Shown here: piece after piece, positions 1 through 9,917 of the stretch
Position numbering within the stretch: position 1 is the stretch's first letter
Layout of the letters: every line of letters starts with the position of its first letter
Translations under genes and position numbers: made by a program
Notes under the pieces: model-generated
Database searches by the model: none
What the model was told of the DNA's origin: nothing
The model's input: the letters and a program-made list of their open reading frames with translations, nothing else
Virus record (IMG/VR): IMGVR_UViG_3300046170_000148
Span: 80,193-144,192 of that record
From: a virus
DNA length: 64,000 nt
Direction: 5' to 3' (one strand)

Positions 1-218
1 GATGTTCCTTACGCAGGGTCGAGGGAACACTCTCTGGTCTGTTTGGATTGTAGGGTGGTTTACCTTCGGGTAAACTGAATTCCAGAGTCTTGTCATACGC
101 GCCGCGACAGACATCTCGAATGGCAGGGATATTGTTTGCTTTTAAGCAATTTAATTTTATCGGCTCTGGTAGTTTGTTGCCCAAACTGTTCCAGAATTTC
201 GAATACTTCTAATTCCAT
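1..218 (-). CDS. Conserved T4-like hypothetical protein (DUF6433-like), 5' part; runs off window
   Basis: Manual translation MELEVFEILEQFG...YDKTLEFSLPEGKPPYNP, with one extra A near 140; absent from ORF track. Confidence 0.6.
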
Positions 219-233
219 TAGAATCCTCTTATA

Positions 234-470
234 TTATATAGGGTTTTCAATCTCTTCATGGTGCGATTTATGCACATAATTCATAAAATATTCACGCACA
301 CCAGACGAACTATAAGAGAAGCCTGGAATGGTATGAATACTTATATAGTCATCATTTACCACCCGAAAGATTTCAAACCAGTTCTTGTCAAATCCATCTC
401 CGTCAGGATAGTCGGAGCGGGTTAAAATGAAGTCGCCTATTCGGGCGACTTCGGTGTCAAAAGGTTTCAT
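234..470 (-). CDS. Hypothetical protein
   Basis: 78-aa ORF with ATGA overlap to upstream gene. Confidence 0.6.
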   Translation of the reverse strand: MKPFDTEVARIGDFILTRSDYPDGDGFDKNWFEIFRVVNDDYISIHTIPGFSYSSSGVREYFMNYVHKSHHEEIENPI

Positions 471-895
471 GCTGCAATGGCCTCCTCGCCGTTGTAGATG
501 TAACCTTTGTCAAACTTGCCTACATTGACGTTCACATAGTATGCAATGTCAAAGTAGTCAGTCATGATGTCGGTCTTGTTATACCACTCACCACGACTCG
601 TTTCACCTTTCATGGCGGTAACCAATTCGTTCAGAAAGTCAGCAGTCACTCCGCTATAGAACTTGTCAATGTGATATGTGTTGACTTGACTGTGATGACG
701 ACCATCAGTGGCAGTGTAAAAGATATCATTGCCACGAACATCTACACCTTCGAAGTTCAAAGGGCCTTCTTTCAAGGTTACAACCAAAGAACTGTGGTGA
801 TTGATGCTGATAGAACCTTTCATACCATACTTCTTGAGAACTGCCTTAATGCCAGGCGCTAACTCTTTTTTCATCTCTTGTGATACATAAGCCAT
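467..895 (-). CDS. Early hypothetical protein
   Basis: 142 aa; GAGAGAGGAAA RBS, directly behind a sigma70 promoter. Confidence 0.8.
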   Translation of the reverse strand: MAYVSQEMKKELAPGIKAVLKKYGMKGSISINHHSSLVVTLKEGPLNFEGVDVRGNDIFYTATDGRHHSQVNTYHIDKFYSGVTADFLNELVTAMKGETSRGEWYNKTDIMTDYFDIAYYVNVNVGKFDKGYIYNGEEAIAA

Positions 896-926
896 AGTTT
901 GTTTCCTCTCTCTTAACTATACTATT

Positions 927-955
927 ATATTACGACATCCCGCAAAGAATGTCAA
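927..955 (-). promoter_or_regulatory. Sigma70-type early promoter TTGACA-N17-TAATAT
   Basis: Read directly; -35 contains the TGA stop of the upstream gene. Confidence 0.8.
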
Positions 956-1194
956 GCAAAAAGTGCCAAATATTCAGGATTATTTGTTTCTAAAGTAACA
1001 AACGGCCCGAAGTATGATTCGAAGGCAACCAACAGGTGATTGTAGTCACCCGCCTGTAAGTCTTCCATGACTTCATCTTTATTGTAATCAAGTTCCCGAC
1101 ACAGATTAGATGCAGCACCTAGAAGGACAAACGCATTGCCTTCGGGGCCATCTAGGTTGAGAACATATCCAGTATCATTGTTTTGACGTATCAT
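952..1194 (-). CDS. Conserved phage hypothetical protein (LDGPEGNAF motif)
   Basis: Start reassigned to MIRQNN at 1194. Confidence 0.7.
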   Translation of the reverse strand: MIRQNNDTGYVLNLDGPEGNAFVLLGAASNLCRELDYNKDEVMEDLQAGDYNHLLVAFESYFGPFVTLETNNPEYLALFA

Positions 1195-1195
1195 A

Positions 1196-1472
1196 TTAAG
1201 CCTCTGCTTTCCAATTGTAAAGATTGATATCAAACTCTTCCATAAGAATACCAGCGATAATCTCACGGTCAACGGTGTCACCACCGCCCCACCGATGTTC
1301 GCCATCGATAAAGAACTCTTCATCGCCGCGCATCAGATAGATGTTGATGGCTTCCATGATTTGTTCACGATTCGCATGACCACTCTCACCATACAGCTTG
1401 ACCTTCACCGTAGAACATCTCACAGTAGTCTGCGAAGTTCTGTTTCTCTTTAAAAGTAATTTCCGTAATCAT
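1196..1472 (-). CDS. Early hypothetical protein (joined across a 1-nt insertion near 1400)
   Basis: MITEITFKEKQNFADYCEMFYGEG behind a GAAAGGA RBS continues into ORF 1196..1423 after removing one A. Confidence 0.6.
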
Positions 1473-1503
1473 TTCTAGTTCCTTTCAACTCAACTTATAC
1501 TTT

Positions 1504-1532
1504 ATATTACAACAAGTATCAGGAATTGTCAA
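1504..1532 (-). promoter_or_regulatory. Sigma70 early promoter TTGACA-N17-TAATAT
   Basis: Read directly; overlaps stop codon at 1529. Confidence 0.8.
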
Positions 1533-2491
1533 GCACTATTTTCAAATAAAATGTTTTTTTCTGCTTCCCAATAATCGTGGAAATCTCCCCGTTCTTCGGG
1601 TGTCATAATCCTTACGGTCTCAAGAAAGTCATCATCACCCATCAATTCAAACAGATTACTCATACTATCAGGGCCATCTGTATACATTGCATTGACCTCA
1701 TATCGTTTCATCTTGCGTATCGTTCTACGAACAAGCACCTTTACTCTATCACCATATAGTTTAGGTGACGGCGTTAAGAGATAAACCAATCTCTTTGAGT
1801 TCATCAGTGCGGGTAGGATACCTTTTTGTAGAATGTCACGGTGGTGGAGTGATGTGCTGAACCCAAACACCTCATCCTTTGGAAAGTCTTTCAGTCCAGA
1901 CAGAAGTTCTTGATGGGTGACATCTCCGAATTTAGGTTCGTCGGAATCCAGATTATAGTTCACTACGATTGCAATGTCCTCTTTATCGACCCGCCACGGT
2001 TGGATATCATCTGTCGGCATACCCCTGACACCCTCATACGATGAAGTGAACCCAGTCTTTCCAAGAGCCTCAAATGCTTTTCTCCAATACGGAAACAACT
2101 CATAATTTATGTCCTCATCATATATCGTATGTTGGACAAAGTGACGATTGGTGTTGAACTTGGTTGTCCAGTTGGTGATATTGTCAATGACCCTATCACT
2201 TCTCTTTACAAAATCATCTGCGCCATCATGCATGTATTCATCATTTGTAATATCCCAGAGAAAGTTGTCCCATATGAATAACGGTAGTCCCAGTTCAAGA
2301 CATGCGATATAGGATGCGATATACGATATACCATCAGCCGGAAGGTTGAGACATACGACATCACCCTTCTCCATACCCTTTGATAAAAAGAAACGTTTGT
2401 GTTGGTTGATAACAAGACACAGGTTCTCATAATCGACATCATCGATTAGAAGGTCTTTTCGAATAATCTCACGACTTATTATTGCGTTCAT
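1529..2491 (-). CDS. Degenerate adenylate-forming (AMP-binding) enzyme paralog
   Basis: GMEKGDVVCL/IACLELGL N-terminus similar to the upstream gene; lacks the TSGTTG loop. Confidence 0.55.
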   Translation of the reverse strand: MNAIISREIIRKDLLIDDVDYENLCLVINQHKRFFLSKGMEKGDVVCLNLPADGISYIASYIACLELGLPLFIWDNFLWDITNDEYMHDGADDFVKRSDRVIDNITNWTTKFNTNRHFVQHTIYDEDINYELFPYWRKAFEALGKTGFTSSYEGVRGMPTDDIQPWRVDKEDIAIVVNYNLDSDEPKFGDVTHQELLSGLKDFPKDEVFGFSTSLHHRDILQKGILPALMNSKRLVYLLTPSPKLYGDRVKVLVRRTIRKMKRYEVNAMYTDGPDSMSNLFELMGDDDFLETVRIMTPEERGDFHDYWEAEKNILFENSA

Positions 2492-3708
2492 TTAGATATC
2501 CGCGAAGTTGTTCAAAATTTATCTTTGTATCTTGAAAGAAAGGTTCGAGGTCAACATCATCTGGGACTTCAGGCAAGTCTCGTGGTTCGATAAAGAACTG
2601 ACCATCGAATGTCAAATCGTCCTCGATATATCTTGGTTCGTCCCAGAGTTCACACCGAACTTCTTTACCATCAAACTGATAAAAGTCATCTGCCAATACA
2701 CCTAGACCATTCTCTTTGACTACACTGTCCTTATCAACAAAATTTATCAATAGTGGGATTGCAGTATCGATAGACCCGTAGTGTGAATGAAACTTCACAT
2801 TATATTCTCGTGCGAAGTCTACAAACTGCTTCATCAAGGGCGAACCCACACATATTGATATTCAACGTTCTTGTAAAAGGTTCACTAAACATCTGTAAAA
2901 ATAGTTCTAAGGATTCTTTATTAGGAATCATAATATGAGAGGGGTTTGTCCACACAAATGTCGAAAACTGAATATAATGTATATACTCAGACTTCATCTC
3001 ACCTAATGCAAACGTAGTGTGATACTTTGCAATCATCAATGAGGGAATTAGAGATGTCAACATTGAGGATGCATGATGTAAGTTTCTGCTATGACCGATA
3101 GCTGAAGTTTCGTCGAAATCGAAAACATTTACGTTTCTTTTCGATATTTCCATAACCTCTCTATGTGAGAACACGATAGGTCTCGATGGTTTTGTAGTCC
3201 CACTTGTAGAACTTAGTAATAGTGGGTCGGTATCTTCCACTGTCCACCATGAGGGTTGAGTATCTACTACAACATTAACGTCCATATCAAGGATATCAAT
3301 TTGTTGACCACAGTATCGGTCTAGTAATTTTCCGTGTAACCCATCATAAGTTATTCTACCAGAATCTCCTTGAGAGATATACCACTGTGTTGGGCCATGT
3401 AATGCGACCTTCGTATATGGGAGAGACTCTTCTGTGGCGGGAGAATCCAATAGGAATAGAACAAGTCCAAGTTCCGCACATGCAATGATTGACGCGACAT
3501 GTAAATCATCAACTTGCATGAGGGAGATTGTAATCTTGTCTCCCTTTTCCACACCACTTTTGATAAGTTTGTTCTTTATGCGATTAACCTGTCTCACAAG
3601 ATAGTCTTTATCGTGTGTTCGATTTGGGTCAGTAACCCACTCTAGGCCATCTCTCAGAACATCACGATTTAAGATGTTTGGAATGGATTTTACAGCCGAT
3701 GAACTCAT
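2469..3708 (-). CDS. Adenylate-forming enzyme, acyl-CoA synthetase/AMP-binding family (joined across insertion near 2831)
   Basis: SSTSGTTKPSRP (A3-like) and HYGSID (A5-like) motifs; ORFs 2800..3708 and 2469..2849 join. Confidence 0.7.
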
Positions 3709-4068
3709 TGTAATAATCGTCTCTCAATAACACATCGTGTTCGAACTGGAGTTTTCGCCTCGTAGTAGGAACACTCACCTTTGGTATAACACAGGCGGAG
3801 TATCTCACGCTCAAAGGTTACACCCTTCTTCAATCAACAGTTGCACCTCTTTGGATGAACCGTAGTAGTCTCTCCAATCAGACTGAACGCGAGTTCTCAC
3901 TCTGCGTTTTCTTGTTTTGGTAACAGGAAGAATCTTCGGTTTCCAGAAGAATTTCTTACCGATATACTTCTTCCCGTTCTTCAAATTCACAATGCAGTAG
4001 ACGAACCCCTGATATTCTTCGAGGAGTTCGTCTTCTGGTTCAAATGGTTTACCTTGATACGTCCACAT
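3662..4068 (-). CDS. GIY-YIG nuclease, T4 endonuclease II (DenA)-like (joined across two insertions)
   Basis: GFVYCIVNLKNGKKYIGKK...DWRDYYGSS, continuing FEREILRLC...YYEAKLQF...YYNEFIG. Confidence 0.75.
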
Positions 4069-4082
4069 GGATGTATATAGGG

Positions 4083-4199
4083 TTAAGATAAAGCAGACCC
4101 ACACATGGGGCAGAACGAAGGTTCTTCTTCACTGTCGAAGACTAGAACTTCGGTTCGATGGTCACATACTTCACATTCAAGGTCATATGTCTCATCCAC
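4083..4199 (-). CDS. 38-aa zinc-ribbon microprotein
   Basis: GTG start overlapping nrdB stop; CEVC...CPMCG. Confidence 0.7.
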   Translation of the reverse strand: MDETYDLECEVCDHRTEVLVFDSEEEPSFCPMCGSALS

Positions 4200-5159
4200 T
4201 ATGCTACTTCGTCCCAGCCCCAGTCACCTTCCATACCATTCACGGAATATTCGGTAACACGTTTCTCGAAGAAGTTGTCATGTGATGCGCCATTTAGAAC
4301 CCAGTCCAACCACGGCAGTGGATTGTCCTTGACACCAAACTTTGCTTTCATACCAAGTTGTAACAGACGGCGGTCTGCAATGTGACGGATGTATTGTTTC
4401 ACATCTTCTTCGGTCAGACCTTCCATCTCCATACCATCAAATGCAAGTTTGATGAAACGGTCTTCAAGTTTGACCACATCTTTTGCCATTTGATAGATTT
4501 TAGATTTCAGTTCGTCATTGACGATACGAGGGTGTTCTTCACAGAACTCACGGAACAGTTTTGCATTACCTTGAACGTGTAGAGTCTCGTCACGAATAGA
4601 CCACTCAACGATTGTTCCCATACCCTTCATCTTACCATAGCGTTGGAAGTTCAACAGCATCACAAACGATGCGAACACTGACAGACCTTCGTTGAATACA
4701 GACTGTGCGAGGGCCCAATGCCAGACCCGTATGACTATTGATGTCACCCTGTTTCATGAAGTCAATCTTGTCGGACATCTCTTTGTATTCGAGGAACATA
4801 TGAAAGTCCTCATCAGGCAGACCGAGCGTGTCATTCAACAATGCATATGCACGTTGGTGAACGGCTTCACGTCCTGCAAACGATGATAACATGTTACGGA
4901 CTTCATTGTTCTTGAACTTTGGAATCAGAAGTTCGTGGTAGTTCTCACCAACCTGAACATCCGATTGTGTAAACAGACGGAGAACCTGTGTGATAAAGTT
5001 CTTCTCTGGTTCACTTAGTTTGGTTTTCCAGTCCTGAACGTCTTCGCTCAGTTCTGCTTCATCTTCTACCCAGTGAATTTCTTCATGTTTCTTTGACAGG
5101 TCTACTGCCCACGGGTAGAGAAATGGTCGATATGTTTTTGAAAAATCTAGTAGTGACAT
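4199..5159 (-). CDS. nrdB: Ribonucleotide reductase class I beta subunit (joined across extra G near 4712)
   Basis: EAVHQRAY, RDETLH di-iron ligands; NFFEKRVTEY tail. Confidence 0.95.
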
Positions 5160-5162
5160 TTG

Positions 5163-7151
5163 TTATCCTTCGCAAGCACGACATTCATCATCGTCTTCAT
5201 TTGTTTCTAGTGGTTGATTTAGGTGTTCCATAAGTTCATCATAACCCCCAATATATTCACCTTCGATGTAAATCTGTGGGACAGTTTTAACGTCTCGACC
5301 AGTCACTTCACGGGCAGTCTTGCCAATTTCCTTTAGGTCGATGTAGTCAAAAGGAATACCACGCAAGCGGAGTTCTTCCTTTGCCATAGAACAGAATGGA
5401 CAGTCTGATTTACCATACACGATAGTTCTCATGTCACCAGCAAGGGCAACACGTTCTACTTTCTCAGAGACGTTCTCTGCGCGTTGTTTGGCTTCGGTGC
5501 GTAGGTAGTAGAGACCTTTCAATCCTTTCGCCCATGCACTATAGTGAACCCTGTTTACATAAGACTTCTCCGCACCAGACGGGAAGAACAGGTTCACAGA
5601 CTGACCTTGACAGATAAACTCTTGACGTTCTGCGGCGTGTTGAACCACCCACATCTGGTCGAGTTCGTCTGCGGTCTTGTAGATTGCCTTCTCACCTTCG
5701 GTAAGGAAAGGCAAATGTTGAACAGAACCCTTCTTGGTAATAATAGATGTCCAAGTTGATTCGTTGTTCTCACCCTTCTCAGTCAGAAGTTCATCGAGGT
5801 ATTTGTTCTTTACCAAGAATGAACCCGCACGAGTTCGATGGGTGTATGCGTTTGCCTTCAATGGTTCGATAGAAGGACTTGTTGATAGAATTATTCCGCT
5901 GGAAGCGTTGGGCGCGATGGCAAGCAAGTGCGAGTTGCGTCTTCCAGACCCAATACCATCAGGATATTCGCCACGCTCTTCGGCAAGGAGTTCAGTCTCT
6001 GCAACTGCTTCTGACTTAATGTGGTCGAACACTGTTCGATTAATTTCTCTGGCTGCTTCTGATTCCCAGGCGACTCCGTGTTTTTGGAGGAGGCTGTGGA
6101 ATCCCATTGCTCCGAGTCCGATTGAGCGTTCTCGTTCTGCACTGTATTTGGCCCGTGAGATTGTGTCTGGTGCTTCGTCGATAAAGAACTGCAAGACATT
6201 ATCAAGCATCCGCACAATGTCACGAACAATAGTCGTATCTTTCCATTCATCGTAGTATTCTAAATTCAGAGATGATAAGCAACACACCGCAGTTCTGTCT
6301 GCGTCTGTTGGTAGATGAATCTCATTACACAGGTTTGACCCGTGAATCTTTAGTCCTTTATCTTTTAACGGTTGTGGCAACGCACTGTTTGCCGTATCTA
6401 TAAAGTTAAGATAAGGTTCACCTGTTCGGAAACGAATCTCAAGGAGACGTTCCCATAACTTACGGGCGTTGACCGTATCTTTTACTTCATTGTTTTTTGG
6501 GTCACGAAGGTCAAAGTCTTTGTCTTCTCTGACACACTCCATGAACTCATCAGTTATATTTATAGCGTTATGAAGGTTCAATGCCTTTCTTTGCACATCA
6601 CCTGTAGGAATTCTCATGTTCATAAATTCTACAACGTCAGGATGTGAAATGTCCATGTATGCTGCATACGAACCCTTGCGTGTCTTACCCTGACGGTAAG
6701 CAATCATATCCGCATCTACAGTATGCAGAAATGGGATAGGGCCTGGAGCGATGTCACTGACCGTTCGCACACTAGACCAATGTCCGCCAACACCGCCACC
6801 GTAAACAGAAAGCCAACGAAGCTCAGAAGAGTGGCTAATAAGACCCTCAAGAGTATCGGGGACATATGTAAGGAAACAAGAGATAGGCATCCCTTTGTCT
6901 TTTTTCTCTCCGTTGGGAGCGTTAGATAATACTGGAGAAGCAAACATAAAATACTTGTTGCTAACATAATCATAAAGACGTTGTGCGAGTGCATCGTCCA
7001 TGTCCTCTCTATAACGTGACCATGCTTTGGCAGCACGGGCAAATCCTTCTTGGGGGGTCTTCTCATAATCTAGTAGGTAGAAATCTTTAAGCATACCTAC
7101 TGCATATTCGGCGAGTAGGTCATCTTTCTTACGGTCAATTTTAACGGGCAT
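5163..7151 (-). CDS. nrdA: Ribonucleotide reductase class I alpha subunit with fused glutaredoxin domain
   Basis: SNLCNEI, IAPNASS, KGLYYLRT; then Grx domain (CPFC, TVPQI, IGGY) and C-terminal CRACEG. Confidence 0.95.
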   Translation of the reverse strand: MPVKIDRKKDDLLAEYAVGMLKDFYLLDYEKTPQEGFARAAKAWSRYREDMDDALAQRLYDYVSNKYFMFASPVLSNAPNGEKKDKGMPISCFLTYVPDTLEGLISHSSELRWLSVYGGGVGGHWSSVRTVSDIAPGPIPFLHTVDADMIAYRQGKTRKGSYAAYMDISHPDVVEFMNMRIPTGDVQRKALNLHNAINITDEFMECVREDKDFDLRDPKNNEVKDTVNARKLWERLLEIRFRTGEPYLNFIDTANSALPQPLKDKGLKIHGSNLCNEIHLPTDADRTAVCCLSSLNLEYYDEWKDTTIVRDIVRMLDNVLQFFIDEAPDTISRAKYSAERERSIGLGAMGFHSLLQKHGVAWESEAAREINRTVFDHIKSEAVAETELLAEERGEYPDGIGSGRRNSHLLAIAPNASSGIILSTSPSIEPLKANAYTHRTRAGSFLVKNKYLDELLTEKGENNESTWTSIITKKGSVQHLPFLTEGEKAIYKTADELDQMWVVQHAAERQEFICQGQSVNLFFPSGAEKSYVNRVHYSAWAKGLKGLYYLRTEAKQRAENVSEKVERVALAGDMRTIVYGKSDCPFCSMAKEELRLRGIPFDYIDLKEIGKTAREVTGRDVKTVPQIYIEGEYIGGYDELMEHLNQPLETNEDDDECRACEG

Positions 7152-7225
7152 AGGGGGTCTTCCATAGACGATTGTTTTTCTGGGGGTAGTTATATCTATA
7201 CCCAGAAGAGTTTTCAGATTGTAGT

Positions 7226-7254
7226 ATTATACCCCATTTAGGGGGTAATGTCAA
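7226..7254 (-). promoter_or_regulatory. Consensus sigma70 promoter TTGACA-N17-TATAAT for nrdAB
   Basis: Read directly. Confidence 0.9.
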
Positions 7255-7265
7255 TCACTTTTTTA

Positions 7266-7949
7266 TTAAAAATTGTAACCTAATGAAACATAGGTGACGC
7301 TGTATTCTTCCTCGGCATCATCACTGATATAGAGGTCATTGAGTGAGAACATCAGGTTCTTGCTGACATGGTAATCGATACTGAATTGGTTCTTACTCAA
7401 CTCATGATAGTCACCATTCTCCCACAGATACTTGTTGGTGATGCTGACAGGGGAGTCAGGATGCTTGTATCGAATCCAAGTAGAGTTACGCCAGACGAGT
7501 TCTGTGTAGTCCTCAGTCCCCATCTGTGTGACAGTGAACTCATGGGACATCTTCCATCTATCGTTACGGAAGAACTTCCAACCCCAGCCAACACCAGTGT
7601 GTGGACGGAATTCACCAATGAAACGATTGGCATTATAATTGAATCCAAAGTTTGCAATACCATAAACGGTTGGTGTGAAGTTGAGAATAAACTCATACTC
7701 ACCATCTGCACGGTCAGTCAAGTCTACACCAGAAACTTGTGTCTTATAGACATTCGTTTCGGTCTCAACCTGAAAGTCTTTATCTTCAGGCTCCCACACA
7801 AACTTTTGATGAAGATTAAAACTCTTGGTGTTACTGTCTTCTACTTTGTAACCGAGTTTGACGTAGTTAGCACCTTGTGCATTTAGAGGAAATGATACAA
7901 CACATGCCGACAATAATCCTGCCAACATTAATACAACTAATTTATTCAT
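7266..7949 (-). CDS. Outer-membrane beta-barrel protein (DUF481/YdiY-like)
   Basis: Signal peptide, alternating beta-strand pattern, C-terminal VSLGYNF beta-signal. Confidence 0.7.
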   Translation of the reverse strand: MNKLVVLMLAGLLSACVVSFPLNAQGANYVKLGYKVEDSNTKSFNLHQKFVWEPEDKDFQVETETNVYKTQVSGVDLTDRADGEYEFILNFTPTVYGIANFGFNYNANRFIGEFRPHTGVGWGWKFFRNDRWKMSHEFTVTQMGTEDYTELVWRNSTWIRYKHPDSPVSITNKYLWENGDYHELSKNQFSIDYHVSKNLMFSLNDLYISDDAEEEYSVTYVSLGYNF

Positions 7950-8407
7950 TTTTTACGACCCTTATCAATAGCGCGAGAACCAAACCAGAATGAGATGATT
8001 GCAGCAAAGATTGCCTTTGTATCATCGTCCCAGAGAATGTTGATTGCTTCAGAGAAGTCAGTTCCCTTCTCCATCGCTTCCATCAGAAGGGTAATTTCAA
8101 TAACAGCGAACAGTCCAAAGAATGCGTAAGTAATGACTGGTCGAACACTCTTCTGCAAACTGGCGACAAATCCAGTTCCCTTATTGATTGAAATATCATG
8201 TTCAACCAGTCTAGAATGTTCTGCGTCATCCGCTTTGGTCTCATACATTCGATACTCTTGGTCGAATCCAGCAGCCCTTAGTTCTGCCATCTTCTCCATT
8301 TTCGCGAGTTCAAATTTCTGTTCGTTCTTTGCTTTGAAATGGTCTGTGATTGCGGGAACGACTGAACCGCTAAATCCTAAGACACTACCTAATAATCCAC
8401 TTAACAT
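7946..8407 (-). CDS. Holin (GTA/3TM holin-like)
   Basis: SVRPVITY and IISFWFGSR motifs, hydrophobic segments, basic C-terminus. Confidence 0.65.
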   Translation of the reverse strand: MLSGLLGSVLGFSGSVVPAITDHFKAKNEQKFELAKMEKMAELRAAGFDQEYRMYETKADDAEHSRLVEHDISINKGTGFVASLQKSVRPVITYAFFGLFAVIEITLLMEAMEKGTDFSEAINILWDDDTKAIFAAIISFWFGSRAIDKGRKK

Positions 8408-8592
8408 TATCTACTCCACTTTTTTTGACTGTCCTCACGTTTATCTATAAATCGTTTAAGGACTTCGATATCTTTCTTGCGCTTCTTCTTCATGTGAACA
8501 GGGACAATCTTTTCAGGATTATCCCCTGCGCCTGCCACTGAAGCTGTTGATGTGCTTGGCACATCTTCCATGAATTTCTTAAAGTTCTTCAT
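8407..8592 (-). CDS. Small probable head-internal protein
   Basis: MKNFKKFMED N-terminus resembling the T4 capsid-targeting sequence. Confidence 0.6.
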   Translation of the reverse strand: MKNFKKFMEDVPSTSTASVAGAGDNPEKIVPVHMKKKRKKDIEVLKRFIDKREDSQKKWSR

Positions 8593-9188
8593 CGGGTAAT
8601 CTCCCCTGTGGTGAAATACACCCATTGTTTTGAATTCATGTGAATACCTTTGTATATATCGATACCAAGAATAGAATCAATAGGTTTGGCATCGGTCTCC
8701 ACAACTCTGATTTGGTCGCCCTTTCGAACAATCTCTTCACACTGAACGGTCATTCCATCATTCTTAATACGATAGACACCAGCGCCCAACTCCTTATCAT
8801 CAAGGACAAACCACTGTGAGTCTTCTGCAAGAACATCAAGGATGTCAATACCTGTTGCATCGTGTATCTGCATCATTTGTTTATCAGACAGTTCACCGTG
8901 TTCACGAATAAGTGCCAGTGCTGAACCATACCTTGCGATTGCAGATTGTCCGCCTGGCACTTTTGCCATGATTCTTTTTATATTCACAACAAGTCTAATG
9001 AACGGTGTGTAGTGTGTTCTCAATGCATCACGGTTGTCTGCAACGTTCTTGTCGAAGTCTTTGACTTTCTTACCATCTGCATCGATAATGCCAGCCTTAT
9101 ACGCCCCTAACTTGTCGAATGGTGTGACGAGAAGTTTAAGGAATCGAATCGTAAATACGAGGTCGGCTGCTGATTTTAAAATACCCAT
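8589..9188 (-). CDS. Conserved T4-like late hypothetical protein
   Basis: 199 aa, TATAAATA immediately upstream. Confidence 0.75.
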   Translation of the reverse strand: MGILKSAADLVFTIRFLKLLVTPFDKLGAYKAGIIDADGKKVKDFDKNVADNRDALRTHYTPFIRLVVNIKRIMAKVPGGQSAIARYGSALALIREHGELSDKQMMQIHDATGIDILDVLAEDSQWFVLDDKELGAGVYRIKNDGMTVQCEEIVRKGDQIRVVETDAKPIDSILGIDIYKGIHMNSKQWVYFTTGEITR

Positions 9189-9193
9189 AGTTC

Positions 9194-9201
9194 TATTTAT
9201 A
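9194..9201 (-). promoter_or_regulatory. T4 late promoter TATAAATA
   Basis: Exact gp55 consensus 5 nt before ATG. Confidence 0.75.
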
Positions 9202-9554
9202 TCTTTCTGAGTCTCTCAACGACTAATTTATCCATCTCAATGTTAGGTATATTCGGTATTTTTTATGGTCTTTAGAAAGATAAGGAACGGTTTGAGTGTT
9301 GACCAATGGTCGAGTTCGACTTTGAGTTCGAGGATATCTAGTCCTGCCTCATTTCCAAATACATTAAAAATTACTATGAGATGGTTCAGTATGAGTCTCT
9401 CAGATAACTCACCTGAAGTTTTGTATCGATTGAGGAGTCTCTTGATATACTTAAATCTCTTTAAGTCTTCAAAAAACTCCTCGCTATCAATACACTTTGG
9501 ATTGTAGTAATGCTTTGCTGCAAATACTATTAAGTTGTCTTTGGTCAGTTGCAT
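9197..9554 (-). CDS. Conserved T4-like protein (DUF7207-like; joined across insertion near 9246)
   Basis: YYNPKC..EEFFEDLKRFKYIKRL..RLILNH; C-terminus PNIEMDKLVVERLRKI in shifted frame. Confidence 0.7.
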
Positions 9555-9590
9555 TATAAAAAATCCAGATAAAGAGTAATATACCCTTAT

Positions 9591-9917
9591 CTAGTCTTTT
9601 AATAGACCTGTCATTTTCTCCACAAGAGTAGACTTTTTCTTTCTACGGTCAAGTTCTACGCCATGTTGGCGACCCAGTGCTTCGAGTTCTACCTTTGACA
9701 TCTCATCAAGTGACTTATCACCAACAGGTGCTTCGGTCAATGTTTGGACATTAACAGGAACTTCGACTTGTTCTACAACTGGTTTGACACCAAAGAACTC
9801 ATCGATTTGTTCTTGGGTGAAACCACCAGATGCATACAACTCACCAGTGTTAGGGTCTTCCCATCCACGGGCAGTAGGAATGGCGTTATCACACCATGCA
9901 GGGGCTTTGATAGACAT
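9591..9917 (-). CDS. Hypothetical protein with Rho-N/HeH-like C-terminal motif
   Basis: LDEMSKVELEALGRQHGVELDRRKKKSTLV. Confidence 0.6.
   Translation of the reverse strand: MSIKAPAWCDNAIPTARGWEDPNTGELYASGGFTQEQIDEFFGVKPVVEQVEVPVNVQTLTEAPVGDKSLDEMSKVELEALGRQHGVELDRRKKKSTLVEKMTGLLKD

Noticed and set aside
3662-4068. GIY-YIG gene as a mobile homing endonuclease or intron ORF
   Set aside because: Short, with no DNA-binding extension or intron structure; matches the DenA-like type near nrdB.
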